From an uncultured Clostridia bacterium (GTDB lineage: Bacteria > Bacillota > Clostridia > Christensenellales > Aristaeellaceae), in assembly GCA_934636105.1 (NCBI GenBank), contig CAKTZR010000013.1, positions 6,019 through 70,018 on the forward strand: a stretch of DNA of 64,000 nucleotides. The letters run 5' to 3'. Under the pieces are notes generated by a model, which saw nothing but the letters and a program-made list of their open reading frames with translations, had not been told where the DNA came from and did no database searches. Shown here piece after piece: positions 9,216 to 18,356 of the stretch. The translations under genes and the position numbers were made by a program. Numbering within the stretch: position 1 is the stretch's first letter; every line of letters begins with the position of its first letter.

Positions 9216-10079
9216 ATGGATAAAAATCAAATCAATGGGCTGATTGACGCGTTTGATTCTGCATTGATGAGAACGGAAGATAATCAGGTTGAATACTGGT
9301 ATGCCAGAGATTTAATGCAGCTTTTGGGCTACACGAGATGGGAAAATTTTGAAAATGTGATTTTGAAAGCGATGGAAGCTTGCAGAAATAGCGAAAATGC
9401 GGTTGAAGATCAATTTCGTGAGGTCACGAAATTGATCGAGCATGGAAAAGGCGGAAAAAGACCAATTCGTGATTACATGCTGACCAGATATGCGTGCTAC
9501 TTGGTTGCGCAGAACGGCGACCCTAAGAAAACGGAGATTGCTTTTGCGCAGAGCTATTTTGCCGTACAAACGAGAAAACAGGAAATCATAGAAGAACGCG
9601 TTTCTTATATGGAACGTGTGCAGGCGCGGACGAGGCTGATAGAATCAGAAAAAAGACTTTCACAGAATATTTATGAACGGGGCGTTGATGATAAAGGATT
9701 TGGCAGAATCCGTTCAAAGGGGGATCAAGCGCTTTTCGGCGGATATTCGACCCAAGAGATGAAGGATAAGCTTGGTGTGAAAAGCAATCGACCTTTGGCG
9801 GACTTTTTGCCGACGCTGACCATTGCGGCGAAGAATTTGGCGACGGAAATGACCAACTATAACGTTGAAGAAAAGAATCTATACGGAGAAGGCAGCATCA
9901 CGACGGAGCATGTTCAAAACAATACGTCAGTTCGTGATATGCTGGGGCAGAGAGGAATTAAACCTGAAAATTTGCCGCCCTCGGAGGATATAAAAAAGAT
10001 GGAGCGTCGAGTGAAACGGGAAACGAACCGGATGATTGAAAAATCGGGGACGCTGCCCAAAACGGAAAAGGATAAATAA
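9216..10079 (+). CDS. dinD: DNA-damage-inducible protein D (DinD/Bro-N-like)
   Basis: 287 aa. It is colinear by eye with E. coli DinD (…LLGY…W..F…KA.EAC.NS……RYACYLVAQNGDPKK…AQSYFAVQTRKQE). GGAGG RBS at 9204-9208. The gene is visibly more AT-rich than its neighbours. Confidence 0.8.
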   Translation: MDKNQINGLIDAFDSALMRTEDNQVEYWYARDLMQLLGYTRWENFENVILKAMEACRNSENAVEDQFREVTKLIEHGKGGKRPIRDYMLTRYACYLVAQNGDPKKTEIAFAQSYFAVQTRKQEIIEERVSYMERVQARTRLIESEKRLSQNIYERGVDDKGFGRIRSKGDQALFGGYSTQEMKDKLGVKSNRPLADFLPTLTIAAKNLATEMTNYNVEEKNLYGEGSITTEHVQNNTSVRDMLGQRGIKPENLPPSEDIKKMERRVKRETNRMIEKSGTLPKTEKDK

Positions 10080-10084
10080 AAGCG

Positions 10085-10120
10085 AAAGCCGCCCGGCCAC
10101 AAAAGACCGAGCGGCTTTTC
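10085..10120. terminator. Hairpin terminator between convergent dinD and the AEC transporter gene
   Basis: AAAGCCGCCCGG ...10 nt... CCGAGCGGCTTT (one mismatch), flanked by A/T runs. Confidence 0.5.
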
Positions 10121-10149
10121 ACAAAATGGAGCCATTGCCGCGGACTCGA

Positions 10150-11070
10150 TCAGCCCAGTCCGACTCCATTCATCACCAGCACGAGCAGCGGCAGGGTGAC
10201 GCCGCTGAGCAGGGTGGAAACGATGGTCGCGTGGGAAGCGGTCATGTCCTCCGGCGTATAGATATCGGAAAGCATGCTGCAATTTCCGGCAATCGGCATG
10301 GCGGCGACGATTACGCAGATACCCGTGAGCATGCGGCTGATCGGCACGACGAGAGACAGGCCGATGAATACCAGCGGCATGACGATCAGCCGCAGGAAGG
10401 AGACGCGATACAGACGCGGGTTGGTGAACGCGGCGCGGATATCGCTGTGCGCGAGTGAAGCGCCGATAACCATCATTGCCATCGGGGTGTTGATGGAGCC
10501 GATGGAAGCCAGCGCGCTTTCCACCGGGGACGGCAGCCGCCAGCCGGTCAGACCGAAGACAAGCGCAATCAGCGCGGAAACCACGCCGGGGTTTATCAAC
10601 TGCTTGAGGTTAATATCCCCGCCGCCGTCGAGTAGCATCACGCCATAGGTGAAGACGAGGAAGTTGAACACCAGCAGGAACATCGAGAGCATCGCCACGC
10701 CCTGCATGCCGTAGAGCGCCTGAATGATCGGAATGCCCATGAACGCGAGGTTGGTGAACACGAGCATCAGCTGATCCAGATTGCGCTCCCCCTTGGGTGT
10801 GGGCACGACATGAACCAGAATTGCCGCCAGCGCAATCATCAGCGCGAAGAACGCGACGCTCACGCCGAGCGCGACGAGCATATCGCCGGGCGCGCCGCCG
10901 CTTTGCAGCACGGCCGAGACGATGCAGCAGGGGAACGCCGTGCTGAGCACCAGCGAGGAAAGCCCGCGGCGGAAGCTCGGCGAGATCAGCCCGGCGCGGG
11001 CGGAAAGATAGCCCGCAAGCATCATGATGAACAGCGTAATCATTTGGAAAATGATACCGGAAACAGCCAT
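10150..11070 (-). CDS. AEC-family (auxin efflux carrier-like) membrane transporter
   Basis: 306 aa from the ATG at 11070 (GGAGGA plus 7 nt upstream). It is a polytopic membrane protein (~10 TM segments) with the typical MAVSGIIFQMITLFIMMLAGY start of the AEC/YfdV-like family. Confidence 0.8.
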   Translation of the reverse strand: MAVSGIIFQMITLFIMMLAGYLSARAGLISPSFRRGLSSLVLSTAFPCCIVSAVLQSGGAPGDMLVALGVSVAFFALMIALAAILVHVVPTPKGERNLDQLMLVFTNLAFMGIPIIQALYGMQGVAMLSMFLLVFNFLVFTYGVMLLDGGGDINLKQLINPGVVSALIALVFGLTGWRLPSPVESALASIGSINTPMAMMVIGASLAHSDIRAAFTNPRLYRVSFLRLIVMPLVFIGLSLVVPISRMLTGICVIVAAMPIAGNCSMLSDIYTPEDMTASHATIVSTLLSGVTLPLLVLVMNGVGLG

Positions 11071-11274
11071 AAGATAGTCCTCCGAAAACTTTTTCACATA
11101 AAAAATGCACAACTAAGGCCGCGTGTGCTGAAAATAAAAAACCGCAGACATACGGCGGAAGTAAAGCGGCCTTAGGCCGCGCCGCTTATTGTACACCTGT
11201 CATAGGCGGTTGTAAAGTTTTTCTTTTTGTGCTATCCTATTTTATATTCTTGATGAGGTCGTGGAGGAAGAAAG

Positions 11275-12924
11275 ATGGGCTATCAGGCGCTGTATCGCCG
11301 CTATCGTCCGGCGCGGTTTGAGGATTTTGTGGGTCAGGAGGCTGTGATTAAAACCCTGCGCAGCCAGATCATGAGCGGGCGCATCGCGCATGCGTATCTG
11401 TTCTGCGGCACGCGGGGCACGGGCAAAACCTCGACGGCGAAGGTGTTTGCCCGCGCGGTCAACTGCGAGCATCCCGAAAACGGCGATCCCTGCGGCCAGT
11501 GCCCAACCTGCAAGGCGCTGGCGGAGGAAAACAGCCTCGATATTCTGGAAATCGACGCGGCCAGCAACAACGGCGTGGATGAAATCCGCGATCTGCGCGA
11601 AAAGGTGAAATATCCGCCGCAGACCGGGCGCTACCGCGTGTATATCATCGACGAGGTTCATATGCTTTCGCAGGGCGCGTTCAACGCGCTGCTCAAGACG
11701 CTGGAGGAGCCGCCCGCTTACGTCGTGTTCATTCTGGCGACGACCGAGCCGCAGAAGCTCCCGGCAACAATCCTTTCCCGCTGCCAGCGGTTCGATTTTG
11801 GCCGCATTCCGGCACATCAGATCATTGAGCGGCTGCATGTCGCGCTGAAGGAAGGGCAGATTCAGGCCGAGGACGCGGCGCTGGCCCGCATCGCCCGCGC
11901 GGCGGAGGGCGGCATGCGCGACGCGTGGTCGATCATGGACATATGCCTTTCCTACGCGCAGGAGGAGGACGGCGGGCTGACGGAGGAACTTGTGCTGCGC
12001 GTGCTTGGCGCGGCAGACAAGAGCTTCCTGTTCGCCTTTGCGGATAAACTGATCGATTCGGATGCGGCGGGCGCGCTGGCGCTGATTGACGAAATGATGC
12101 GCAAAGGGCGCGAGGTGCAGGTGTTTGTGCGCGATGTGAGCGCTCATCTGCGCGCGCTGATGCTGGCGGATATCTGCGACGAGGAGCAGCTCAGCGGTTT
12201 GCTGGAAGTCACGCACGAGGATGCGGCGGAATACATTCAGCAGGCCAAGCGCACATCACATACGCGGCTGATGCGCATGCTTGACCTCTTTCTGGCGAGC
12301 GAAACGGATATGAAGTGGGCTGCACAGCCGCGCTTTGCGCTGGAAACCGCCGCCCTTCGCGCCTGCGCGCCGGAGGAGAGTTTGCAGGTGGAAGCGCTTG
12401 CCGCCCGTGTGGACGAGCTGGAACGCAGGCTGCGCGAGGGCGTTGTGATGGCTGCGCCTGCGAAAAAGAGCGCTAAGGCTGCGCCAAGCGAAGCGCCGTC
12501 CGTCCAAACGGAAGCGCCGGAAATTACCAAGGAAGCGCCCAAAGGCCCTGCGCCGGACGCGGAGCGCATCTGGCAGGAAGCCATGCGGCAGGCCAAACAG
12601 AAGCCCCAGCTTTTCGGCATGCTCAAATTCGGGCGGCTGGTTTCCGGAGAAAACGGCCTGTTCACCGTGGTTTATCCCAAGGCGACGGGCGCGGCGTATG
12701 TCAAAATGCTGAGCATCCCGGAAAAGAACGAAGAAGTTGCAGGTTATCTGACGCAGGCGGCGGGCTATCCCTGCACGTTCCGCGCGGCCATCGAGGGCAC
12801 AGTGCAGGAATCGGATAAGGCGATTCTCGCCGCGCAGGCGGAAGCCCAAAAGCAGGCGGAAAACAGCCTGAACAAGGTTTTCGATATGTTCGGGCGGGAG
12901 AACGTGCGCGTCAGGGACGAGTGA
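11275..12924 (+). CDS. dnaX: DNA polymerase III subunit gamma/tau
   Basis: 549 aa. Contains YRPARFEDFVGQE, a Walker A (GTRGTGKTS), a zinc module (CGQCPTCKAL), a Walker B/DEAD-like motif (IIDEVHMLS) and SRC (LSRCQRF). Confidence 0.93.
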   Translation: MGYQALYRRYRPARFEDFVGQEAVIKTLRSQIMSGRIAHAYLFCGTRGTGKTSTAKVFARAVNCEHPENGDPCGQCPTCKALAEENSLDILEIDAASNNGVDEIRDLREKVKYPPQTGRYRVYIIDEVHMLSQGAFNALLKTLEEPPAYVVFILATTEPQKLPATILSRCQRFDFGRIPAHQIIERLHVALKEGQIQAEDAALARIARAAEGGMRDAWSIMDICLSYAQEEDGGLTEELVLRVLGAADKSFLFAFADKLIDSDAAGALALIDEMMRKGREVQVFVRDVSAHLRALMLADICDEEQLSGLLEVTHEDAAEYIQQAKRTSHTRLMRMLDLFLASETDMKWAAQPRFALETAALRACAPEESLQVEALAARVDELERRLREGVVMAAPAKKSAKAAPSEAPSVQTEAPEITKEAPKGPAPDAERIWQEAMRQAKQKPQLFGMLKFGRLVSGENGLFTVVYPKATGAAYVKMLSIPEKNEEVAGYLTQAAGYPCTFRAAIEGTVQESDKAILAAQAEAQKQAENSLNKVFDMFGRENVRVRDE

Positions 12925-12958
12925 CGCGGAGGACTGCTCCTCTGAAAATAAAATCACA

Positions 12959-12996
12959 CAGGCGGCGGAAAGTGCGCGTTTCCGCCGCCTGTTTTA
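12959..12996 (+). terminator. Rho-independent terminator of dnaX
   Basis: 13-bp perfect stem CAGGCGGCGGAAA / TTTCCGCCGCCTG with a 7-nt loop, followed by TTTTAT. Confidence 0.75.
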
Positions 12997-13159
12997 TACA
13001 GAAAATGTGAACCGCATAGCATACGATGGCTATTTCTGCCATGGAAAAGCACGGGGAAAATGGGCGAAAAAGGCACAAAACGAAACCGATTTCTGTCATA
13101 ATCAAGAAAATATGCTGCAAATAAGAAAAAAATAATGGGCAGTTTTTTGTGCTAACCGG

Positions 13160-13188
13160 TTGACATATAAATAAAAGGCTGATATACT
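13160..13188 (+). promoter_or_regulatory. Sigma-A-type promoter of the sugar-uptake/phosphoesterase locus
   Basis: TTGACA (13160-13165), 17-nt spacer, TATACT (13183-13188). An AACCGGTT palindrome (13154-13161) overlaps the -35 and is a possible LacI-type operator half-match (weak). Confidence 0.55.
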
Positions 13189-13263
13189 GAATGCAGCAAA
13201 CGGGAAAGGCCGGAAGGTAAGGCCCGATCCCATTCCCCAAGAGACAAGAAGGAGGAAACCCAA

Positions 13264-14529
13264 GTGAAAAAGTCCATTTCTCTGCTTCTGGCGGCTGTCA
13301 TGGTCTTCGCGCTGGCGGCGATCGCCTGTGCGGACGCCACGACCCTGACCGCGTGGATCACCGATGGCGCCGAGACGGTTGTCTACACCAGCATGTTCGA
13401 TGATTTCAATTCGAAGCATGACGACATCAAGGTGGATTATCAGTTCTTTGCGCAGGATGAGCTGCTCAACAAGCTGCAGACCGCCCCGATCGTCGGCGAT
13501 ACCCCCGACCTCGTCATCGTTGACGGTCTCCAGATTCCGTATTTCCAGGATCTGGGCATGATCGCTTGCCTCGACGATTACATCGACGAGGACATGAAGA
13601 ACGACGTGCTCCCGTCCGTGTGGGATGAAGTGACCTACGACGGCAGCCTCTACGGCGTGGCGCAGTTCGACTCCGGCATGGCCATGTGGACGCGCAAGAG
13701 CATCCTTGAAAAGATCGGCGCGCGCATCCCGACTTCCTACAAGGACGCGTGGACGGTCGAGGAATTTGAGGATATCCTCGCCAAGTGCAAGGAGATCGGC
13801 TACGAGTATCCGCTCTACATCCGCCAGAACAAGACCAGCTCGGTGTACTTCACCTGGATGCCGGTCATCGCTTCCTTCGGCGGCGACTACCTCAACCGTG
13901 AAACCATGCTCGCGACCGGCACGCTGGACAGCGAAGGCACCATCGCGGCGTATGATTGGATGAAGCGTATGATCGACGAAGGCTACGTCAACGCGGCCTG
14001 CGACTACGAGGATGCGTTCTATGGCCGCGACGAGGCTGCCTTCTCCATGCTCGGCCACTGGAAATACAGCCAGCATGTGGAAGCGTTCGGCGACGACGCG
14101 ATCATCGTTCCGATGCCGGACTTCGGCAACGGCGTGTTCACCTGCTCCGGTTCTACCGTTGACGTGATGACCACCGCGGCCGTCGAGCGCGGCGTGGCGG
14201 ATCAGGCCTGGACGGTGCTTCAGGCGATGATGAGCCCGGAATACATCCAGATGGTTTGCGAAGTGAACGGCGGCGTTCCGGCGCGCAAGACCGTCATGGA
14301 CGGCATGGAGCAGTGGCAGGAGGGCGGCCGCCTGTACCTGTATCGTGAGCAGCTGGAAGCTGGCATCAGCTACCTGCGCCCGATCACCCCGGCTCACCTG
14401 ACCGTTTACAACCAGATGGCGAGCGTCGTGACCAACATTCTTGCTGGCGGCGATCCGGCTGAGCTGCTGCATGAAGCGGCCGAGTACGTTGACGAGATCA
14501 TCGTCGAGAACGGCTGGAACATCGAGTAA
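13264..14529 (+). CDS. Carbohydrate ABC transporter substrate-binding protein (family 1)
   Basis: 421 aa. GTG start after AAGGAGGAAA. Signal peptide/lipoprotein-like N-terminus (LLLAAVMVFALAAIAC). MalE-like SBP sequence features. Confidence 0.88.
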   Translation: MKKSISLLLAAVMVFALAAIACADATTLTAWITDGAETVVYTSMFDDFNSKHDDIKVDYQFFAQDELLNKLQTAPIVGDTPDLVIVDGLQIPYFQDLGMIACLDDYIDEDMKNDVLPSVWDEVTYDGSLYGVAQFDSGMAMWTRKSILEKIGARIPTSYKDAWTVEEFEDILAKCKEIGYEYPLYIRQNKTSSVYFTWMPVIASFGGDYLNRETMLATGTLDSEGTIAAYDWMKRMIDEGYVNAACDYEDAFYGRDEAAFSMLGHWKYSQHVEAFGDDAIIVPMPDFGNGVFTCSGSTVDVMTTAAVERGVADQAWTVLQAMMSPEYIQMVCEVNGGVPARKTVMDGMEQWQEGGRLYLYREQLEAGISYLRPITPAHLTVYNQMASVVTNILAGGDPAELLHEAAEYVDEIIVENGWNIE

Positions 14530-14538
14530 AACCACATT

Positions 14539-14575
14539 GTGCCCGGCCGGCCAACGCTGACCGGGCACTTCTTTT
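14539..14575 (+). terminator. Intra-operon hairpin/attenuating terminator after the SBP gene
   Basis: GTGCCCGG ...14 nt... CCGGGCAC followed by TTCTTTT. This is the usual position for the SBP-transcript-stabilising or partial terminator of ABC operons. Confidence 0.5.
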
Positions 14576-14668
14576 ACCCTTTGAACCCGAAAAACACAAT
14601 CAAAGCCAAACAGGGAGAGCCGTCATGCTGACGGACAACCGGCATGGCGAGAGAACGGAGCATTGCGT

Positions 14669-15589
14669 ATGAGCGAAGTCACTGTCAAGAGAAGCGGGGC
14701 CAAGCGGAGGAGCCAGCTGTCCCGCGCGCAGGCGAAAGCCGCGTGGGGTTTGTCCGCACCGGCGATTATCATCATGTTTTTGTTCATGATCCTGCCGTTT
14801 TTCATGTCTGTTTTCTATTCCTTCACGGATCGCAGACTGGTGCTCAATCCGAACAAGCCGACCAAGTTCGTCGGCTGGTCGAACTACATCAAGACCTTCA
14901 CCAACAAGACCGCCCTTCAGGCGTTCTGGAATACGTTTGAATACACGATCATCCTCGTGCCGGTCGTGCTGATTCTGGCCACGCTGCTGGCGCTGCTGGT
15001 CAACCGCAAGGCGAAGGGCGTGACCTTCTTCCGCATGATTTATTTCTCGCCGCAGGTTGTGACGATGACTGTTGTGACGGTTATTTGGGGCTTCTTCTTC
15101 TCCAGTACGTCGGACGGCCTGTTCAACTCCATCCTGGGCGTGTTCGGCATTCCGGCGCAGAAGTGGCTTCAGGATACGGGCCTGGCCATGCCCTCGATTG
15201 CGATCATGTCCATCTGGCAGTGCGTCGGCATGCAGATGATTATCATGCTCGGCGGCCTCCAGTTCATCCCGGAGGAGCTGTATGAGGCGGGCACAATCGA
15301 CGGCGCCAACACCTGGCAGCAGTTTATCTACATCACCATCCCGCAGCTGAAGAACACGCTGGTGTACGTCTTCATTTCCAACACGATCTATTCTCTCAAG
15401 ATGTTCACGCAGGTGTATATGCTCACGCAGGGCGGCCCGGCGGGCTCGACCACGACGCTGGTCTACCTGATGTATCAGGAGGGCTTCACCAACAACCGCG
15501 TGGGTTACACCTCCGCGATGGCCGTCGTGTTCTTCCTGATCGTGCTGGCAATCTCCCTGATTCAGAATAAGCTTACGGAGGGCGACTGA
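14669..15589 (+). CDS. Carbohydrate ABC transporter permease (MalF/UgpA-like)
   Basis: The ATG at 14669 lies 8 nt after GGAG; the track start at 14663 is a TTG. It has six TM segments and an EAA-type loop (EELYEAGTIDGANTWQQFIYITIPQL). Confidence 0.9.
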   Translation: MSEVTVKRSGAKRRSQLSRAQAKAAWGLSAPAIIIMFLFMILPFFMSVFYSFTDRRLVLNPNKPTKFVGWSNYIKTFTNKTALQAFWNTFEYTIILVPVVLILATLLALLVNRKAKGVTFFRMIYFSPQVVTMTVVTVIWGFFFSSTSDGLFNSILGVFGIPAQKWLQDTGLAMPSIAIMSIWQCVGMQMIIMLGGLQFIPEELYEAGTIDGANTWQQFIYITIPQLKNTLVYVFISNTIYSLKMFTQVYMLTQGGPAGSTTTLVYLMYQEGFTNNRVGYTSAMAVVFFLIVLAISLIQNKLTEGD

Positions 15590-15591
15590 TT

Positions 15592-16443
15592 ATGAAAGTG
15601 GAAAACAAGAGAAAGAAGACGGTCACGTCCGCCCTGTTCTATGTGCTCTATATCGCGCTGGCAATCATCTTCCTGGCGCCGCTGCTGTTCCTGTTCGTTT
15701 CTTCTGTCAAGAGCGAAACGCAGCTCGTTTCGGATATGTCGACGCTCAAGGCGTTCATTCCTTACGGCAACCTGACGTTTGAAAACTACGTCGCCGTGTT
15801 TGAGAAGCTCGACTTCCTGCATTACTTCCGTAACTCCGCCATCAACGCCATTTTGCAGGTGTTCATCGGCATGTTTATCAACGGCATGATGGGCTACGCG
15901 CTGGGCATGCTGGAATTCCGCGGTCAGAAACTCCTTGTCTCGCTGATGATCGCGCTGACCATCATCCCGACCGAAGCCGTCATCATCAACCGCTTCATGG
16001 TCGCTTTCAATCTGGGCATCATCAACACCATCTGGGCGCTGGCCATCCCGAATCTGGCGACGCCGATGTATGTCTTCCTGTTCTATCAGCATTTCCGCGG
16101 CATGCCGAAGGACCTGCTGGAGGCGGCCATCATCGACGGCGAGAGCTACACCGGTGTGTTCTTCAAGATCATGACCCCGCTCTCCAAGCCGATCTACGCG
16201 ACCGTTGCGATCATGTCCTTCATCCGCGCGTGGGGCGATCTGCTCTGGCCGACGCTCGTCACCCGTGATAACACCTGGCGCACGCTGCCGCAGGCGCTGC
16301 GCGGCCTGAACGACTCGGTCTATACCTTCTGGGGACAGATTTTCGCGTTCAGCGCCATGATTACCCTGCCGATTCTGATTATCTTCCTGGCGTTCCAGAA
16401 GCAGTTTGTGCAGTCCGTCGCGATGTCCGGCATCAAGGGATAA
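15592..16443 (+). CDS. Carbohydrate ABC transporter permease (MalG/UgpE-like)
   Basis: 283 aa. EAA loop (DLLEAAIIDGESYTGVFFKIMTPLSKP). It starts 2 nt after the upstream stop. Confidence 0.9.
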   Translation: MKVENKRKKTVTSALFYVLYIALAIIFLAPLLFLFVSSVKSETQLVSDMSTLKAFIPYGNLTFENYVAVFEKLDFLHYFRNSAINAILQVFIGMFINGMMGYALGMLEFRGQKLLVSLMIALTIIPTEAVIINRFMVAFNLGIINTIWALAIPNLATPMYVFLFYQHFRGMPKDLLEAAIIDGESYTGVFFKIMTPLSKPIYATVAIMSFIRAWGDLLWPTLVTRDNTWRTLPQALRGLNDSVYTFWGQIFAFSAMITLPILIIFLAFQKQFVQSVAMSGIKG

Positions 16444-16465
16444 CGCGAAAAGAAAGGGGATTCGA

Positions 16466-17326
16466 TTGGCCGTGGAGTATCAATATCTGGGAACCGGCGC
16501 GGCGGAGGGTATGCCCGCCACATTCTGCGCCTGCCCCGTCTGCCTGCGCTCGATGCAGGAGGGCGGAAAGAGCCTGCGCATGCGCTCCTGCACGCTGCTG
16601 GGCGAGGACGTGCTGATTGATCTCTCGCCGGATATCCATGCGCAGAAGCTGAAATTCGGCCTGCGGCTGGATAAGCTGAAGTGCATCGTTTTCACCCATT
16701 CGCACCCGGATCATCAGGATCTGTACGCGCTGCAAAACCGCGGAACGCCCTCCTGCGCGATCCGCCCGGATATGCCGGAAAAGGAAAACGTGCTGGATTT
16801 GTACGGCAACCTGTGGGTGAAAAAGCGCTTCCTTTCGGCCTGCGCCGGAGCGGAGCGGATGCAGGAGGAGCGCTTCCGCTTTCACGAGGTGAGGCCGTTC
16901 GAGCCGTTTGAGGCCGCAGGGTATACCTTCTACCCGCTGCGCGCCAACCATCGGCCCATTCAGGTGGAGGACTGCCTGATTTACGCCATTTCCGACGGCA
17001 AAACGGCGATGCTGTATGCCAACGACACGGGCGAATTGAGCGAGGAAAACGACGAATATTTGAAGACCACCGGCCTGACCTTCTCCGTGGTCAGCATGGA
17101 TTGCGCGCGCGGCACGCTCAAGGGCGACGGCCACATGGGCTTCGCCGAGGTGCTGCGCCTGCGCGAGCGGCTGCAAAAGGCCGGACTGGTCCGGGACGAT
17201 ACGCGCTATATCCTCAACCACCTCTCCCACATGAACGATATGACGCATGCCGAATGGGAGCGCTTCGCCGCGCCTCACGGCATCGAGGTGGCCTATGACG
17301 GCCTGAAGGTCGTCTGCCGCCCCTGA
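16466..17326 (+). CDS. MBL-fold metallo-hydrolase (PhnP-like phosphodiesterase type)
   Basis: TTG start at 16466 after AAAGGGGA. HxHxDH motif (FTHSHPDHQD). N-terminal Cys cluster (CACPVC). Confidence 0.75.
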   Translation: MAVEYQYLGTGAAEGMPATFCACPVCLRSMQEGGKSLRMRSCTLLGEDVLIDLSPDIHAQKLKFGLRLDKLKCIVFTHSHPDHQDLYALQNRGTPSCAIRPDMPEKENVLDLYGNLWVKKRFLSACAGAERMQEERFRFHEVRPFEPFEAAGYTFYPLRANHRPIQVEDCLIYAISDGKTAMLYANDTGELSEENDEYLKTTGLTFSVVSMDCARGTLKGDGHMGFAEVLRLRERLQKAGLVRDDTRYILNHLSHMNDMTHAEWERFAAPHGIEVAYDGLKVVCRP

Positions 17327-17345
17327 ATGCAAAGGAGAATGAGCG

Positions 17346-18356
17346 ATGGCGACCATCAAGGAAGTGGCCCAGCGTGCCGGCGTCTCGGTGACGACAGTTT
17401 CCCGCGTGCTCAACAAGCGCGGCTACATCAGTCAGGAGATGCACGACAAGATTTACGCGACGATGGAGGAGCTGAATTATCAGCCCAACGAGGTCGCGCG
17501 GTCGCTGACCAAGCGCAGAACGAAAATCCTCGGTCTGCTCGTGCCCTCCGTCGATGATCCGTATTTCAGCGAGGTCGTCAATCAGCTGATTCTTGCCGCG
17601 ACGCGGCACGGCTACAAGGTGATGATCTATGCCTCCGACGGCCGGAACGACCGCGCGCTGGATTACGTCAGCATGCTCAAGGCGAATCAGGTGGACGGCA
17701 TCATCATCAGCCTGCGTTCCCGCGAACTGGATGCGCTGCTGGACGACAACCTCCCGGTCGTCTCCTTTGAGCGCATCAAGGTCGGCCGACTGCCGACGGT
17801 GCTCTGCGACAACCGCATGGGCGGCCGCATGGCGGCGGAAGAACTGCTGGATCACGGAAGCAGACGCCCGATCATGATCGCGGCCGTTCACGACAAGATG
17901 CTCCCGGCCTATGACCGCTTTGTGGGCTTCCGCAGCGTCATGCGCGAGCACGGGCTGGAGGAGCGTATTTTTGAAACCAAGGAGAACGACAGCCTGCACG
18001 GCGATTACTCCGAGCTGGCGCGGCAGGTGCTCGCCGCCTTTCCGGATGCGGACGGCGTGTTCTGTACCAGCGACCAGATTGCGGCTTCCGTCGTCCGCTG
18101 CGCGGTGGCGAGCGGGCGGCGCGTGCCGGAGGATATCCGTGTCATCGGTTTCAACGACAACTATCTGGCGGGCTGCCTGTGCCCGCCGCTGACCAGCATT
18201 CGCCAGCCGATTCCGGAGATGTGCGAAATGGCGGTCGAATGCCTGATTAAACAGATTCACGGCGAAAAGGTGCCGGTCGATATGGTGTTTCCTGTGACTT
18301 TGAGCGCGAGAGAAAGCACGCGCGGCCCAAAAGACGAGGAGGAAAAAGAACCATGA
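17346..18356 (+). CDS. LacI-family transcriptional regulator
   Basis: 336 aa. N-terminal HTH MATIKEVAQRAGVSVTTVSRVLN plus a periplasmic-binding-protein-like core. Confidence 0.92.
   Translation: MATIKEVAQRAGVSVTTVSRVLNKRGYISQEMHDKIYATMEELNYQPNEVARSLTKRRTKILGLLVPSVDDPYFSEVVNQLILAATRHGYKVMIYASDGRNDRALDYVSMLKANQVDGIIISLRSRELDALLDDNLPVVSFERIKVGRLPTVLCDNRMGGRMAAEELLDHGSRRPIMIAAVHDKMLPAYDRFVGFRSVMREHGLEERIFETKENDSLHGDYSELARQVLAAFPDADGVFCTSDQIAASVVRCAVASGRRVPEDIRVIGFNDNYLAGCLCPPLTSIRQPIPEMCEMAVECLIKQIHGEKVPVDMVFPVTLSARESTRGPKDEEEKEP

Noticed and set aside
9076-10079. dinD as a marker of a prophage or SOS regulon member
   Set aside because: There are no integrase, repressor, structural or att-like repeats nearby, and no Cheo-box in the upstream spacer. 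It is treated as an isolated, probably horizontally acquired gene.
11113-11274. Looked for the SRP RNA (ffs/scr), which often precedes dnaX in Firmicutes
   Set aside because: The spacer is only ~160 nt. It has some stems (CTAAGGCCGC...GCGGCCTTAG) and a GCGTGTGC / GGCGGAAG resemblance, but the order and spacing do not fit domain IV of SRP RNA. It is more likely a divergent promoter region.
13264-16443. Missing ATPase in the sugar ABC transporter, considered as a sign of a defective system
   Set aside because: CUT1-family importers in Firmicutes commonly share an unlinked MsmK/MsmX-type ATPase, so the absence is not informative by itself.
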